This document shows, piece after piece, positions 46,759 through 56,841 of a stretch of 64,000 nucleotides of DNA. Origin of the DNA: an uncultured Spirochaetota bacterium (GTDB taxonomy: Bacteria; Spirochaetota; Spirochaetia; SZUA-6; Fen-1364). A model generated the notes under the pieces. The model saw only the letters and a program-made list of their open reading frames with translations, did no database searches and was not told the origin of the DNA. How positions within the stretch are numbered: the first letter of the stretch is position 1; every line of letters starts with the position of its first letter. A program made the translations under genes and the position numbers. Location of the stretch: the NCBI GenBank assembly GCA_963745235.1, contig CAVUXE010000028.1, forward strand, positions 1-64,000, written 5' to 3'.

Positions 46759-48189
46759 TTACGCCCCCCTCAGGTACGACCCGATCTGCTCCGCCGTGGG
46801 CTGCACAGGGTCGGCTTTCAGGCCAGGGATGAAACGGGTGGCCTCATACAGGGCAGGGGCATACTGCCCGTGGATTCCGGCCACGTGGTGGATGTACGGC
46901 CCGCGCACGAGGCGCTCCTCCCACATCGGCCAGTCGGGGACTTCCACCCACAGGTAGGTGCCCAGGGTGAACGGGCCGGTCGGTGCCGCGGCCGTGCCCC
47001 ATGAGAAGCGAGTATTCGCCGCCGATGCCGTCGAAGCGCGCTATCGTGACGTCCCCCCCTTGATCTCGAAATTGCCCGGTGCCCGGCCGGTGAGGCGGTA
47101 TCACGAAGTGCGTGCCCAGGAAAGCTGCGTTCGGCTCCTTGACGAGGGAATGGGGGAAGTTCCCGCAATGCCAGAGACAGCTCAGCATTGTTGTTCGTGG
47201 GGTGGCGGACGGTCAGGTCCGCAAAGAACGGGGGCGTGCTTTCGAATGCGGCGGCTTTCAAGAGGAGAGCGCTCAAGGCGCCATGGATGTCCGTCTCGCA
47301 TGTCACCGGCACGCCCATGGCCGCGAGCTCTCCGTTCACGAAACAAGGATAGATGCCCAGCGTGTCCGGGAGGTCGTCGTGACATTTGAAGGCGATGGCG
47401 CTCAGCTCTTCCTTCTCCGCCCAGTCCGCGAGGAAGACCTTGAGCGCGGCAATGCGCTGAAGCGCTTCGTCGTTCACGCCCTTCAGCGAGACGCGCCCCT
47501 GATCGCCTCTGCGGTCTCCTTGACCCGGCGGTCTCCGGCGGCCAACTCCAGGACCCGCTTCGCGAGGACCACGAGGTCCATCGGCACCATCTCGATGCCC
47601 CAGCGCTGGATCAGGTCCTGCTCGTTGATCATGACGGTGTAGAAGTTCGGCGGCCGGGTGCTGATCTGGCCGATGCGGGCGCCCAGGAAGCTTTTCGCGG
47701 CGGCAACGGCGGAAAGGAACGTGCGGACGCCCCTCTCGAAGGCGGGATCATCCAGGCGGGAGTTCACGATCCAGGAGAACTTCACGCCGTACTTCTTCAG
47801 GACGTTCGCCGTGGCGAACATGCCGCACTGCGTGTCGCGAAGCCGCGTGCCGTCCGGGAGCGGGGACTCATCCCGCGGCCCCCAGATCAGGAGGGGCTTG
47901 CCCACGGCGCGGGCCAGCTGGCACACGACCTCCTCTGTCCCGAAGTTCACGTGCGGCGCGAACACCGCGTCGACGCTCGGCCTTCTTGAAACAGCTCCGC
48001 GGCGGCCGCGGCGTGGGAGCGCTCGAAGAGGAGCCCTTCCTCGTTCACGGCGTCGATGTTCACGAAGTCAACGTTCCACTCTGAGAGCTTCTTCTCCACC
48101 AGGACCTTGTAACGCGCCGCGTCCTCTGCCGAGAAAACGAACCTGCGGGTTGGGGCGAGTCCGACGAGCAGCCTTTTCCTGTTCACCAT
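46759..48189 (-). pseudogene. L-fucose/L-arabinose isomerase-family protein with several frameshifts (possibly sequencing errors)
   Basis: NFGTEE, RDTQCG, CETDIHGA, WHCGNFP and GPYIHH are spread over four or five frames. Confidence 0.8.
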
Positions 48190-48229
48190 GATTCCTCGAT
48201 CCTCCGTCATCTTCCGTGGATGGCGCGCT

Positions 48230-48977
48230 CTACCGGGCGCCGCCCACCAGCTCGTTGTGAAGCACGTAGCGATCCGCGCGGTAGTACACGCGCAGGTACT
48301 CCATGGGGATGTCATCCTGGGAGAAAGTGACTCGGTCGAAGTACAGAAGGGGCGCACCGGGCCTGATGGAGAGCAGCCTGGCAATCCTGAGAGGCGCCGG
48401 GATGGCCTGGATGGTCTGCATGGCGCGCGACCACAGGATTCCGTACTTCTTCTCCTTGACCTCCCGCAGTGAGTTCACGGAGAAGTCATAATTGAGGATT
48501 CCGGGGATATAGCGATGGACCAGGAAAGATTCCTCAACGCACATGGGCTCTTCATCCGCAAGACGCAGCCTGTCGATTCGCGCGAGCTCCTCGCCTGCCG
48601 GTATCTTCAGCCTCTCTGCGATATCAGCGGAGGCGGGCATGAGCCCCGGTGAAAATGATCCGCGTCCGGGGGGTCAGCCCCCGCTGCTTCATGTCATCCG
48701 TGAAGCTCACGATGCGGGCCATCCCGTGCTCCAGCTTGGGATGGGCCACGAAGGATCCCCTCCCCCGCTCCCGCACCAGGAGCCCTTCAGAAACGAGCAT
48801 GTCCAGGACCTTGCGGACGGTGACGCGGCTGATTCGGTAGGTGTCCACCAGCTCGGATTCGGGAGGGATCATGTCTCCCGGTTTCCATGCCGTAGACCTG
48901 ATTTTGTCCTGCAAGAGGTTGTACAGCTGGTGGTAGAGCGGGATCTTGCTGTTGGGGTTGAGATTTTCAGCACTCAT
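48230..48977 (-). CDS. GntR-family (HutC/UTRA) regulator, frameshift near 48640
   Basis: PLYHQL, IPPESEL, SRVTVR, GRGSFV, and a UTRA domain in a second frame. Confidence 0.85.
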
Positions 48978-49039
48978 GACTCCCTCCACGAAAGCACCGT
49001 ACCTCCTGCTTCCTCGGGGTGTTGTCGCCGTAGTCGGGC

Positions 49040-49072
49040 TAATGTATTAACATTAAGATGATCATATGTCAA
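49040..49072 (-). promoter_or_regulatory. Promoter and GntR-type operator of the leftward sugar operon
   Basis: TTGACA on the - strand (49067-49072); palindrome TAATGT-atta-ACATTA at 49040-49055. Confidence 0.65.
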
Positions 49073-49154
49073 TATGATAATGTAAAGTCAAATGCGTGGC
49101 CGGATGAAGCGTGGCGCGGCGCTGCCGTGTGAGACGAGGATTGTTCCGTGACCC

Positions 49155-49571
49155 TTACTCCGCATGCACCTCGAAATACGAGACAGCCCATCCCCGTTGC
49201 GTGTGCCGCAATCGAACGAGGAAGGGAGCTCCAACGTGAAAATTGACGTAGACGACATCGGGATCCACCTGGGCTCCGCGAATGGTCCGAACGATGCGCT
49301 GAACCCGCGACTGCGCGGGCCTCACGGACGCCAGGGAAACAGAGTGCCTCGATGACGCGAGGAAGACGACATCCTCGTTGGCGGCAAACGCCCGCACGTC
49401 CGTTCCAACATCGCCCCCGTGGTCGGTCAACTGGTATGCGTCTTCGATCCTGCCATTCTGCAGATCCGCGACGAAGCGAAACGCCAGACCCATCGCCTCA
49501 GGCGGTCCGGAGGGACGGAAAAAGAAAAGGGCGAGGGCGAGAATCGCGGCCGTGGCTGCAGCCGCCCCCAC
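49155..49571 (-). CDS. Hypothetical membrane-anchored protein (start uncertain)
   Basis: N-terminal hydrophobic helix, then F..DLQNGRIEDAYQL, which resembles NTF2-like domains. Confidence 0.5.
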   Translation of the reverse strand: MGAAAATAAILALALFFFRPSGPPEAMGLAFRFVADLQNGRIEDAYQLTDHGGDVGTDVRAFAANEDVVFLASSRHSVSLASVRPAQSRVQRIVRTIRGAQVDPDVVYVNFHVGAPFLVRLRHTQRGWAVSYFEVHAE

Positions 49572-49885
49572 TAACCGACGAGGGAGATTGCAACCACGCA
49601 GATGTTGTCGCTCATGAGGGTCCGAATGATCCTGCCTCGAAGGCTCTTTTGGGACGTATCGACTCCGAAAACAACGCTGCCCGTTTTTCCTATGTCACCT
49701 TCTGATGGCGAAAGGGCGGGCTGCTGATCAAATTTCAAGAGGAGACCACCTTCGGACATGTTCAGGACTACACAAGGGCAAGGCCTGGTCTCGAGAGTGA
49801 ACACCGCCGGAATGCTGGCTGCAATGCGCTCGCTCTGTCTGCGTTCAGTTGCCTTCTGGTCATGTTCAGCATTCACGTCTGACAT
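49571..49885 (-). CDS. PilZ-domain protein
   Basis: ERRQSER (RxxxR) and NMSEGG (N/DxSxxG). Confidence 0.85.
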   Translation of the reverse strand: MSDVNAEHDQKATERRQSERIAASIPAVFTLETRPCPCVVLNMSEGGLLLKFDQQPALSPSEGDIGKTGSVVFGVDTSQKSLRGRIIRTLMSDNICVVAISLVG

Positions 49886-49978
49886 TCTCCGGTGCCTCTT
49901 CGAGTGAAAACACGTGCTGACTACTCTACCACGTCAGGAGGAAACCCTCAAACGAGAGCTATTGGTATCGAGCGATTG

Positions 49979-51793
49979 TTAGGATTCTACGAGCTCCATG
50001 TTCTTTCTTGGTGAATATCCCTGGAGAGCAAGGTCGTGTTCGCCGACGCGCGTCTCAGGTTCACCCTCCACCTTGAACTGGCCTGCGATCGCCTGAAGTC
50101 CCTGGGCCAGCTCGGAAAGCTGCTCGACAGCGCCGGATATTTCCCGTGCCGAAGAGGCGGCAGCGTGGGTGACCTGATTCGCGTCTTCCACGGCGCCCAG
50201 GACATGCCTCGCCTTCTCCGTCTGCTGTTCGGTTGCCTCGGAGATGCCCTTGCTCATGGCCCCGATATTCTGGAGGACTTGCGAAAGCTCTTTCACCGCA
50301 AGGACCTGCTCAGCCATCGAGGTGGATACCGAGGCAACCATTTCCCTGACCTGCTGCGATGCCGAGTGGATGTGGTCCATGGCCAGCCGCGAGTTCCCCG
50401 CGGTCTCCACCCCGCGCGCCACGTTCCCCTTGCTGAGCAGCATCAGGCGTTCGATTTCCTTCGTGGATTTCGAGCTGCGCTCCGCAAGCTTTCGTACCTC
50501 GTCTGCAACGACCGCGAACCCGCGGCCATGATCCCCTGCCCGGGCCGCTTCGATGGACGCATTGAGAGCCAGGAGGTTCGTCTGGTCCGCAATGTCGGAA
50601 ATGACATCCACGATTCCTCCTATCATTTCCGAGCTCTGGGAAATCTCCCGCATGCCGCCTGTTACCAGCTGCGCCGCCTCGGAGCCTTCCCTGGCCTTCG
50701 CCATGGACTGGTCGGCCAGCTCCACAATCCGGTCGAAGCTTTTCGAAACCTCCTCGATGGCGTTCTGCGCCCGCTCCATGGTCACGGAACCCTGGTTCAC
50801 GGCAGCTGCCTGTGAGTGCGCGGCGCGGGAAACCGTGACGACGGACGCGGCGAGGTGCCCCGCGGAGGCGCTCGTCTCATCGAGCGAGGATGCCTGGCTC
50901 TGAGCGCCTTCAGCGATATGAACGATGGCGGAGTTGATCTCCTCGGTGGACACGGCAACCAGACTTGCCTCTTCCTGGATCCGCGCCACCATATGACGAA
51001 GCCGCTCGACCATCCCGTTCAGTGCGTGAGCGAGCTTCCCCACTTCATCCTTGCGGTTGACCTTGATCTGCTGCCCGAGGTCCCCCGCGGCCACCAGCTC
51101 CGCCAAAGCGATCCCCCGCGCCAACGGTCGGGTTATTGAAATCGCAAAGGAGATACCAATGAGAATGGCCAGAAGAGGCCCAACAACAAGCGCGACTGCC
51201 GCGGCTTTGCGCACGTCGGCGATCACAACCTCCCCGTTCTGCGCGGCCTGGAGGGCGTACGCGTTCTTCAGCTCAACGCTGGATGAGAGAATCTCAAGAG
51301 CATGTTCTCGCTTCGCTCCTTCAACACCGAGAACCTGCATAACCATCTTTTCATGGAGTGCTTGGGAAGGGGAATCGCGAAAGGATTTCTCCATCGTGAC
51401 GAAGACTTCGTGCTCTTTCCACCAATCGTCCCACGCCGGTTTGAGCTCAGCCCACAATGCCTGCTCCGCGTCCGTTCTCGAAAGAGGCTCATAGGCGCCA
51501 AGCGCATTGCCGGCGGATTGTTCGGCGTCTATCAGGTGCGAATAGGCGGTTGCCCGATCCTGGTCTTTGACTCCCGCGACAAGCAGCAGGCTCTCCGCGG
51601 CCTGCACCTCCTCCATCGCAACCTTGAGGCTGAGAAGAGAGACCGATCCGGGGAGAAGGCCTTTCACGGCTGAGTCGAGGAGAGCGGCAACGCGGGTGAC
51701 GCTCGTCATGCCGAAGTACCCGACAGGCACTATCAGGAGAGACACGAGCAGAAACCCACCGAGCATCTTGGGGACCAACCTGATGTTCCTCAT
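49979..51793 (-). CDS. Methyl-accepting chemotaxis protein (4HB sensor, HAMP)
   Basis: Two TM segments, [46 protein letters not shown]. Confidence 0.95.
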   Translation of the reverse strand: MRNIRLVPKMLGGFLLVSLLIVPVGYFGMTSVTRVAALLDSAVKGLLPGSVSLLSLKVAMEEVQAAESLLLVAGVKDQDRATAYSHLIDAEQSAGNALGAYEPLSRTDAEQALWAELKPAWDDWWKEHEVFVTMEKSFRDSPSQALHEKMVMQVLGVEGAKREHALEILSSSVELKNAYALQAAQNGEVVIADVRKAAAVALVVGPLLAILIGISFAISITRPLARGIALAELVAAGDLGQQIKVNRKDEVGKLAHALNGMVERLRHMVARIQEEASLVAVSTEEINSAIVHIAEGAQSQASSLDETSASAGHLAASVVTVSRAAHSQAAAVNQGSVTMERAQNAIEEVSKSFDRIVELADQSMAKAREGSEAAQLVTGGMREISQSSEMIGGIVDVISDIADQTNLLALNASIEAARAGDHGRGFAVVADEVRKLAERSSKSTKEIERLMLLSKGNVARGVETAGNSRLAMDHIHSASQQVREMVASVSTSMAEQVLAVKELSQVLQNIGAMSKGISEATEQQTEKARHVLGAVEDANQVTHAAASSAREISGAVEQLSELAQGLQAIAGQFKVEGEPETRVGEHDLALQGYSPRKNMELVES

Positions 51794-51903
51794 ACCCCCT
51801 CCTGGGCTCACGTGTGAAGATTGTGGGTTTCCATATTCGGCGGCGACTGTTAGGGATTAATTAAGGGGACAATTTCACATGGAAAGAATTGTCCCCAGTG
51901 GCA

Positions 51904-52707
51904 TCAAGAAAGAAGTTGCCGGGCAGCCAGCACCCTGCGTTTGCATGACTCAAGGTCCTGCGCTTCCGACAGCTCAATGCATATGAGCTTTCCATCAGCA
52001 ACCATCTCTCGGTAGAAGGCGGGCGGGATGTCCCCATCTTCCACGAACAAGGGCTGCACGATGTTGTCCTTCGTCATTTTGACATGGACATAGGGCAACC
52101 GGTCACGATAGTCATTGTAGAACTTCCTGATATCGGCCGCACCGCAGAAGGACCGGTTGTGCTCCCGGTCCATTGCGTTCCCCGGATCGAAAGTCAGGTT
52201 CATCGAAGGAACCACGGCAAGCAGCTCGCTGATTCCCGCCTCACCGCCGGATCCGCTCAGGGGCTCGTGGCTGTTTTCGAACACGGGCAGGACACGATGC
52301 GTAGCGGCGGTCCTGATGTACTCCTGGACACGCTCCTGCAGCGTGGCCAGCTCTTCGTTCGAATATCCGATCTTGGCGGCATTGTCCCTGATAACCCGCC
52401 CCGCGATGGTCAGGCGTACGAAAGTCCCCGGTCCAAAGACGGCGCCGTTTTTCACGCCCCGAAGGAACATCCGGCCGTCAGCAGGATCCAGGATGTTCGT
52501 CCCGTCCCAGGCGTAGTGCAGGCGCATGTTTCCCCTGGCCGCGGCAGAGATCAGCCTCCGAAGCGCCCCCTCGTCCAGAGAGAGGCTCACGTCGCGCACT
52601 TCCATCCACGGGAAGCGCTCATCCACGGCCCAGGCAACGAGCTCCTCCAGGGTCGTCTCACCACGTGCGATTGCCCCCGCGAATGTCCTGGATGTGAACC
52701 CGATCAT
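51904..52707 (-). CDS. Xylose isomerase-like TIM-barrel protein
   Basis: FENSHE, TFDPGN, YVHVK, CIEL. Confidence 0.7.
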   Translation of the reverse strand: MIGFTSRTFAGAIARGETTLEELVAWAVDERFPWMEVRDVSLSLDEGALRRLISAAARGNMRLHYAWDGTNILDPADGRMFLRGVKNGAVFGPGTFVRLTIAGRVIRDNAAKIGYSNEELATLQERVQEYIRTAATHRVLPVFENSHEPLSGSGGEAGISELLAVVPSMNLTFDPGNAMDREHNRSFCGAADIRKFYNDYRDRLPYVHVKMTKDNIVQPLFVEDGDIPPAFYREMVADGKLICIELSEAQDLESCKRRVLAARQLLS

Positions 52708-53726
52708 CTCTGCACCCGGCCCGACGTGCCTTCGTTCAGAAGCTCACGAACCTCCTCGAGGGAGGTAAGGTTGAAGTCCCCGAGAACCGTCTGCTTCAGA
52801 GCGGAGGCGGCCGCCGCGAAATCGACGGCTTCCTGGGGGGCCATTTTGCTCATGATGGCGTAGATCAACCCCGCGGAGAAGGAGGCGCCGCCGCCGCCCC
52901 GGTCAACCAGATGGATGTCATAGTCTCGCGAAGTGAAGAAGTCCTTCCCGTCGTAAAGCAGCGCGGACCAGCCGTTGTCCGACGCTGAGCGGCTCTCCCG
53001 CAGCGTCGAAGCCACGAAGCGGAAAGAGAACTTTTCCTTCATCTGCCGAAACATCGTCTTGTACCCGTCCACGCTGAGCTTGCCGCGGGAAACGTCGGTG
53101 TCTGAAGGCTTGAACCCGAGCATTATCTCGGCGTCCTCTTCGTTGCCGATACAGACATCCACGTGCTTCATCAGGCCCGTCATCACTTCGCGAGCCCGTT
53201 CGGGAGTCCACAGCTTCCTGCGATAGTTGAGGTCGACGCTCACGGTGAGCCCGTGCTCCTTTGCTTTTGCAAGCGCGACTTCCGTGAGCTGGCGGGCGCT
53301 GTCGCTGAGCGCGGGAGTTATCCCCGAGACGTGGAACCAGGCCGCGTCCTTGAAGACCGCATCGAAATCGAAATGCGACGGCCCCGCCGTGGCCATGGAA
53401 GAGTCCGCCCTGTCATAGATGACCCGGGACGGACGCATCGCCGCGCCGTTCTCATAGAAGTTGAGACCCAGGCGCTTCCCCCCGAACGCAATGAACCGTG
53501 TGTCCACGCCCTGCGCGCGGATGCTCGCCAGGGCAGCGCGGCCCAGGGGATTGTCGGGGAGCCGGGTCACGTAGGAAACGTCCATGCCGAACCTGGCAAG
53601 GGATGCCGCGACAATCGACTCATCCCCGCCATAGAAGACATCGAATGAGCCTGCCTGCTCGAACCTCAGGTTGCCCGACGGCATGAACCTGATCATCATC
53701 TCCCCCATCGTGACGACGTGATTCAT
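52704..53726 (-). CDS. KdgK-like PfkB sugar kinase (catalytic GxGD reads GGGA)
   Basis: VVTMGE, GGDE, VIYDRA, HVSGITPA, DLNYR, NEED, DRGGGGASF. Confidence 0.85.
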   Translation of the reverse strand: MNHVVTMGEMMIRFMPSGNLRFEQAGSFDVFYGGDESIVAASLARFGMDVSYVTRLPDNPLGRAALASIRAQGVDTRFIAFGGKRLGLNFYENGAAMRPSRVIYDRADSSMATAGPSHFDFDAVFKDAAWFHVSGITPALSDSARQLTEVALAKAKEHGLTVSVDLNYRRKLWTPERAREVMTGLMKHVDVCIGNEEDAEIMLGFKPSDTDVSRGKLSVDGYKTMFRQMKEKFSFRFVASTLRESRSASDNGWSALLYDGKDFFTSRDYDIHLVDRGGGGASFSAGLIYAIMSKMAPQEAVDFAAAASALKQTVLGDFNLTSLEEVRELLNEGTSGRVQR

Positions 53727-54151
53727 TTTATCACCCCCCTCAGCACCAGATTCCTTCGCAGACGGAATGCATCCACAAAGATGACCGCGTTTATTCCGGC
53801 GCGGATCACAGACGAGGTGACGGCCGGCCTGTCATCTATCCAGAGAAGCTCCTCCCGCCGGCCACCCGTGCGGGCCATGAGCTCTTTGATGAGCTCATTC
53901 GGCAGATCTGCCCTGAAGCGCCCGGAGGCGAAAAGCCATTTGTCCGCGGGAATCAACCGCTCAAGCCGGAGGTTCTCCAGCGCAGCGGTGTCCTCCCCGG
54001 CACCCTCGCAAAAGAGCCACTGGGTGAAATCCCCGGAAAGCTCCTTGAGAAGCACCTCCATGCCCGGGGTGAAGCTCGGGACCTCGTGAGCTTCCCGCAT
54101 GACCACCCCGTGAAAACGGAAGACGAGATGGGGAGCCCTCGCGCGGCTCAT
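53723..54151 (-). CDS. Degenerate HAD-like protein
   Basis: C-terminal LLWIDDRPA..AGINAV.F resembles HAD motif IV; no clear DxD at the N-terminus. Confidence 0.5.
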   Translation of the reverse strand: MSRARAPHLVFRFHGVVMREAHEVPSFTPGMEVLLKELSGDFTQWLFCEGAGEDTAALENLRLERLIPADKWLFASGRFRADLPNELIKELMARTGGRREELLWIDDRPAVTSSVIRAGINAVIFVDAFRLRRNLVLRGVIK

Positions 54152-54564
54152 TCTCCCATTACCTGCAGGATAAGGCTGCGGGGGGCGCTTTCATGCTGCA
54201 TATCCAGGACCATGATGTCCTGGTAGGTCCCCAGGAGAAGCTTCCCGTCCTGGACGGGAACCGTGACGCTCGCCGAAAGGAGTGCGCTTCTCACGTGGAC
54301 GGCGCCGTTCCTGTCATATCCCACCAGGTGATGCCGGTAGGCCCCCTCCAGGGGAACAAGCCGCTCCAGCGTATCCTCCAGGTCCACGAGAAAGCCGGCC
54401 TCGTGCTCTACGATCATGACTGATCCCGTTGTGTGCTGGAGAAACACGGTGAGGGAACCCTCCCGCAGGCCGGATTCGGAAACGAAGCGTTTCGCCTCTT
54501 CGGTAATCACAAAAGTGGAGAACTTCCCAGCGCTTTCGATCTGAATCCTGCCGGTCTTCACCAT
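54148..54564 (-). CDS. YjbQ/UPF0047 family protein
   Basis: HTTGS, E, Y.H, NG..HVRS, LGTYQ. Confidence 0.9.
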   Translation of the reverse strand: MVKTGRIQIESAGKFSTFVITEEAKRFVSESGLREGSLTVFLQHTTGSVMIVEHEAGFLVDLEDTLERLVPLEGAYRHHLVGYDRNGAVHVRSALLSASVTVPVQDGKLLLGTYQDIMVLDMQHESAPRSLILQVMGE

Positions 54565-54573
54565 CGGGAAAGC

Positions 54574-55461
54574 CTATCGTCCGCCGCGCGGGCCTTCAAC
54601 GGCTGGGGCGCCCCGCGGATCCTCCCCTCGGGGAATGCCCAGCCGGCTCATCCACTCCCTGATCCTGCCGGCTGCCGTGATGACATGAGGCTCGGGATCC
54701 ACGTTGTAATCCCAGGAAAGCTCCACGGACAGGAAGCCCGTAAAGCGCGTTTCATGAAGCGCCATGAGGAGGGGCTGGAAATTGAAAGTCCCGTCGCCAG
54801 GAACAAGGCCCTGGTGCCTTTTTCCGTCATTGTCGTTCAGGTGCACCTGGTAGAGAAGAGGTCCCAGGGCGTGGACCTCCTCCACGCCGGTTTGCCCGGC
54901 AAGGTGGATATGACCGGAGTCCAGCACGACGCCCAGGTTGTTCCTGCCCAAAGGTCTGATAAGCCGCAACGCATCTTCCGCGTTGACAACCAGGTCGCTC
55001 ACGTAGTGGTTGACTGCTTCCACCCCGATCTTCACGCCGGCCTCCGCCGCAACGTCCGCCACCACGGAGAGGCTGTCGGACATCCGGGCCCAGGCATCCT
55101 CCCGGCCCTGCCCGTGCAGGGACCGGCCCGGCACGGTGAGCACGCTCGTTGCTCCGAGCTGCACCGCGTTGTCAATGGACTCCTTGATGTAGTCCAGGCT
55201 GTCCTGGCGGACGCGCTCATCATTCGTCGTCAGGCTGAAGGGGTAGCGGTAGAACGCCGGCATCACGGATGCGATCTCCAGCCCCAGGTCAGCGGCCTGG
55301 CGGCGAAGGGCTCGAAGCTTCGAAGGCCCCAGATCTGAGCGGAAAACATGGGGCCGCCCGCCCCACAGGTCGACGCCCTCGTAGCCCGCCCGGGCGACGA
55401 TGGGCAGGACGTGCTCCAGGGTGTAGTTGGAGAACACCGACGATACGACGGCAAGCTTCAT
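54574..55461 (-). CDS. Sugar epimerase/isomerase (FrlC / D-psicose 3-epimerase-like)
   Basis: WGGRPH, EAVN, DSGH, VHLND, PGDG, SVEL. Confidence 0.8.
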   Translation of the reverse strand: MKLAVVSSVFSNYTLEHVLPIVARAGYEGVDLWGGRPHVFRSDLGPSKLRALRRQAADLGLEIASVMPAFYRYPFSLTTNDERVRQDSLDYIKESIDNAVQLGATSVLTVPGRSLHGQGREDAWARMSDSLSVVADVAAEAGVKIGVEAVNHYVSDLVVNAEDALRLIRPLGRNNLGVVLDSGHIHLAGQTGVEEVHALGPLLYQVHLNDNDGKRHQGLVPGDGTFNFQPLLMALHETRFTGFLSVELSWDYNVDPEPHVITAAGRIREWMSRLGIPRGEDPRGAPAVEGPRGGR

Positions 55462-55471
55462 TCTGCGTCCT

Positions 55472-56151
55472 CTACGGAAGCTCGGGGAGATCCTGCCGCG
55501 CCTTCGCGACGAGGGCGATGTATTTTTCAACCTGCTCGCTGATCCACCGCAGCCCGTGCTTCTCCACCATCCCCGGATCGAAGAAGTTCCGGTTTCCCGA
55601 GATCGCATCCGCCCCGCAGCGAATGAAGTCCGCGGCGTTCTCCAGGCTGATCCCGCCGGAGGGGCAGAGCTTCACTCCCGGGTAGACCATCTTGAGGTTC
55701 GTCATGTACTTCGGTCCCCCGAGAGTGGCGGGAAAAATCTTGACCATGTCCGCGCCGGCCTCCATGGCCATGAGCACCTCGGTTGCCGTGAAAGCCCCGC
55801 AGTACATCGCGGCCCCATAACGGTGCGCCGTGGCAATGACTTCGGGCCGGAAACGCGGGAGAAACGATGACCCGGGCCCCCGCAAGAATGGCGAGCCGGG
55901 CGGTCGTCTCATCCAGAGTGGTTCCGGCGGCCAGGAAGATCCTGTCCTTGAGCTCGTCCCTGAGGGTCTCGAAAGATTCGAAGATCCCCGGGCGTCGTCG
56001 TGGTGATTTCGATAACACGGGCACCGCCCTCGTACATTGCGCGTACATAGCTGACCAGGTCCCCGCCTGCCTTGATCTTCATGGCGGGAAGAACGCCCGT
56101 TGTGCGGGTCACAAAAACCGCTTCGTTCTCCGGGCCGTCCGTTCGACTCAT
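55472..56151 (-). CDS. eda: KDPG/KHG aldolase (two frameshifts)
   Basis: IEIT, AGT.LD, IVSP, GAFTATE, Schiff-base VKIFPA, PSGGI. Confidence 0.8.
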
Positions 56152-56831
56152 TCTTTCCTCCTTATGCGCCCCAGGATCGTTGCCGGCCCTCCATCCGCGC
56201 CGCTGATCCACCAGGGCGCAACGATCACGGAGGCAAGCCCGCCCAGGTCCTGGTCCAGTTTCATGTCCTCGATGACCAGGAAGCGCCTTCCCTCCCCCTC
56301 CAGGAGCACGTTGTGGGCCTTCATGGTCCGGTCCAGAAACCTGATGCATGACAGGGAAGGCACATCCATTCCCAGTGCGCGCATGCGCGGAAACTTTTCC
56401 AGGAGGTAACCGGCGCTTTCCACGCCGAACCCGGGGCAGTGGCTGGAGTAGCGCTTCGGGTCGGACGCGCGCACCTCACCGTATCCGAATCGGAACATGA
56501 CAAGGTCAGCATCAGAGCTCCCCCGAGACAGGCCCTCCAGGTGGGTCGGCATCACGAGCGCGTCATCTTCCAGGGGAAGGTCCAGGACAACCGGCCGATC
56601 GAAGATCAGCTCCGCCGGCTGGAAATCCGATAGTGCGAGGCCCCGGGGGGTGACGTGGCGGGGCGCATCGACATGCGTTCCCGTGTGAGTGACGACCTTG
56701 ATGAGCGTCACGTTGGCGTCATCCCCCTTTTCCAGGCTCAGGAACGGGGAAAGCTCCATTCTCGGGATGGCCGGCGGGGTCGGCGTTTCCATCGAGAGAG
56801 GATAAGAAAGAAAGACGTACTCAGGGGTCAT
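56148..56831 (-). CDS. Cyclase family protein (kynurenine formamidase-like metallohydrolase)
   Basis: HTGTHVDAP.H, GMD..S, H, IE, GADGGP. Confidence 0.9.
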   Translation of the reverse strand: MTPEYVFLSYPLSMETPTPPAIPRMELSPFLSLEKGDDANVTLIKVVTHTGTHVDAPRHVTPRGLALSDFQPAELIFDRPVVLDLPLEDDALVMPTHLEGLSRGSSDADLVMFRFGYGEVRASDPKRYSSHCPGFGVESAGYLLEKFPRMRALGMDVPSLSCIRFLDRTMKAHNVLLEGEGRRFLVIEDMKLDQDLGGLASVIVAPWWISGADGGPATILGRIRRKE

Positions 56832-56841
56832 GAGTCGCTCC

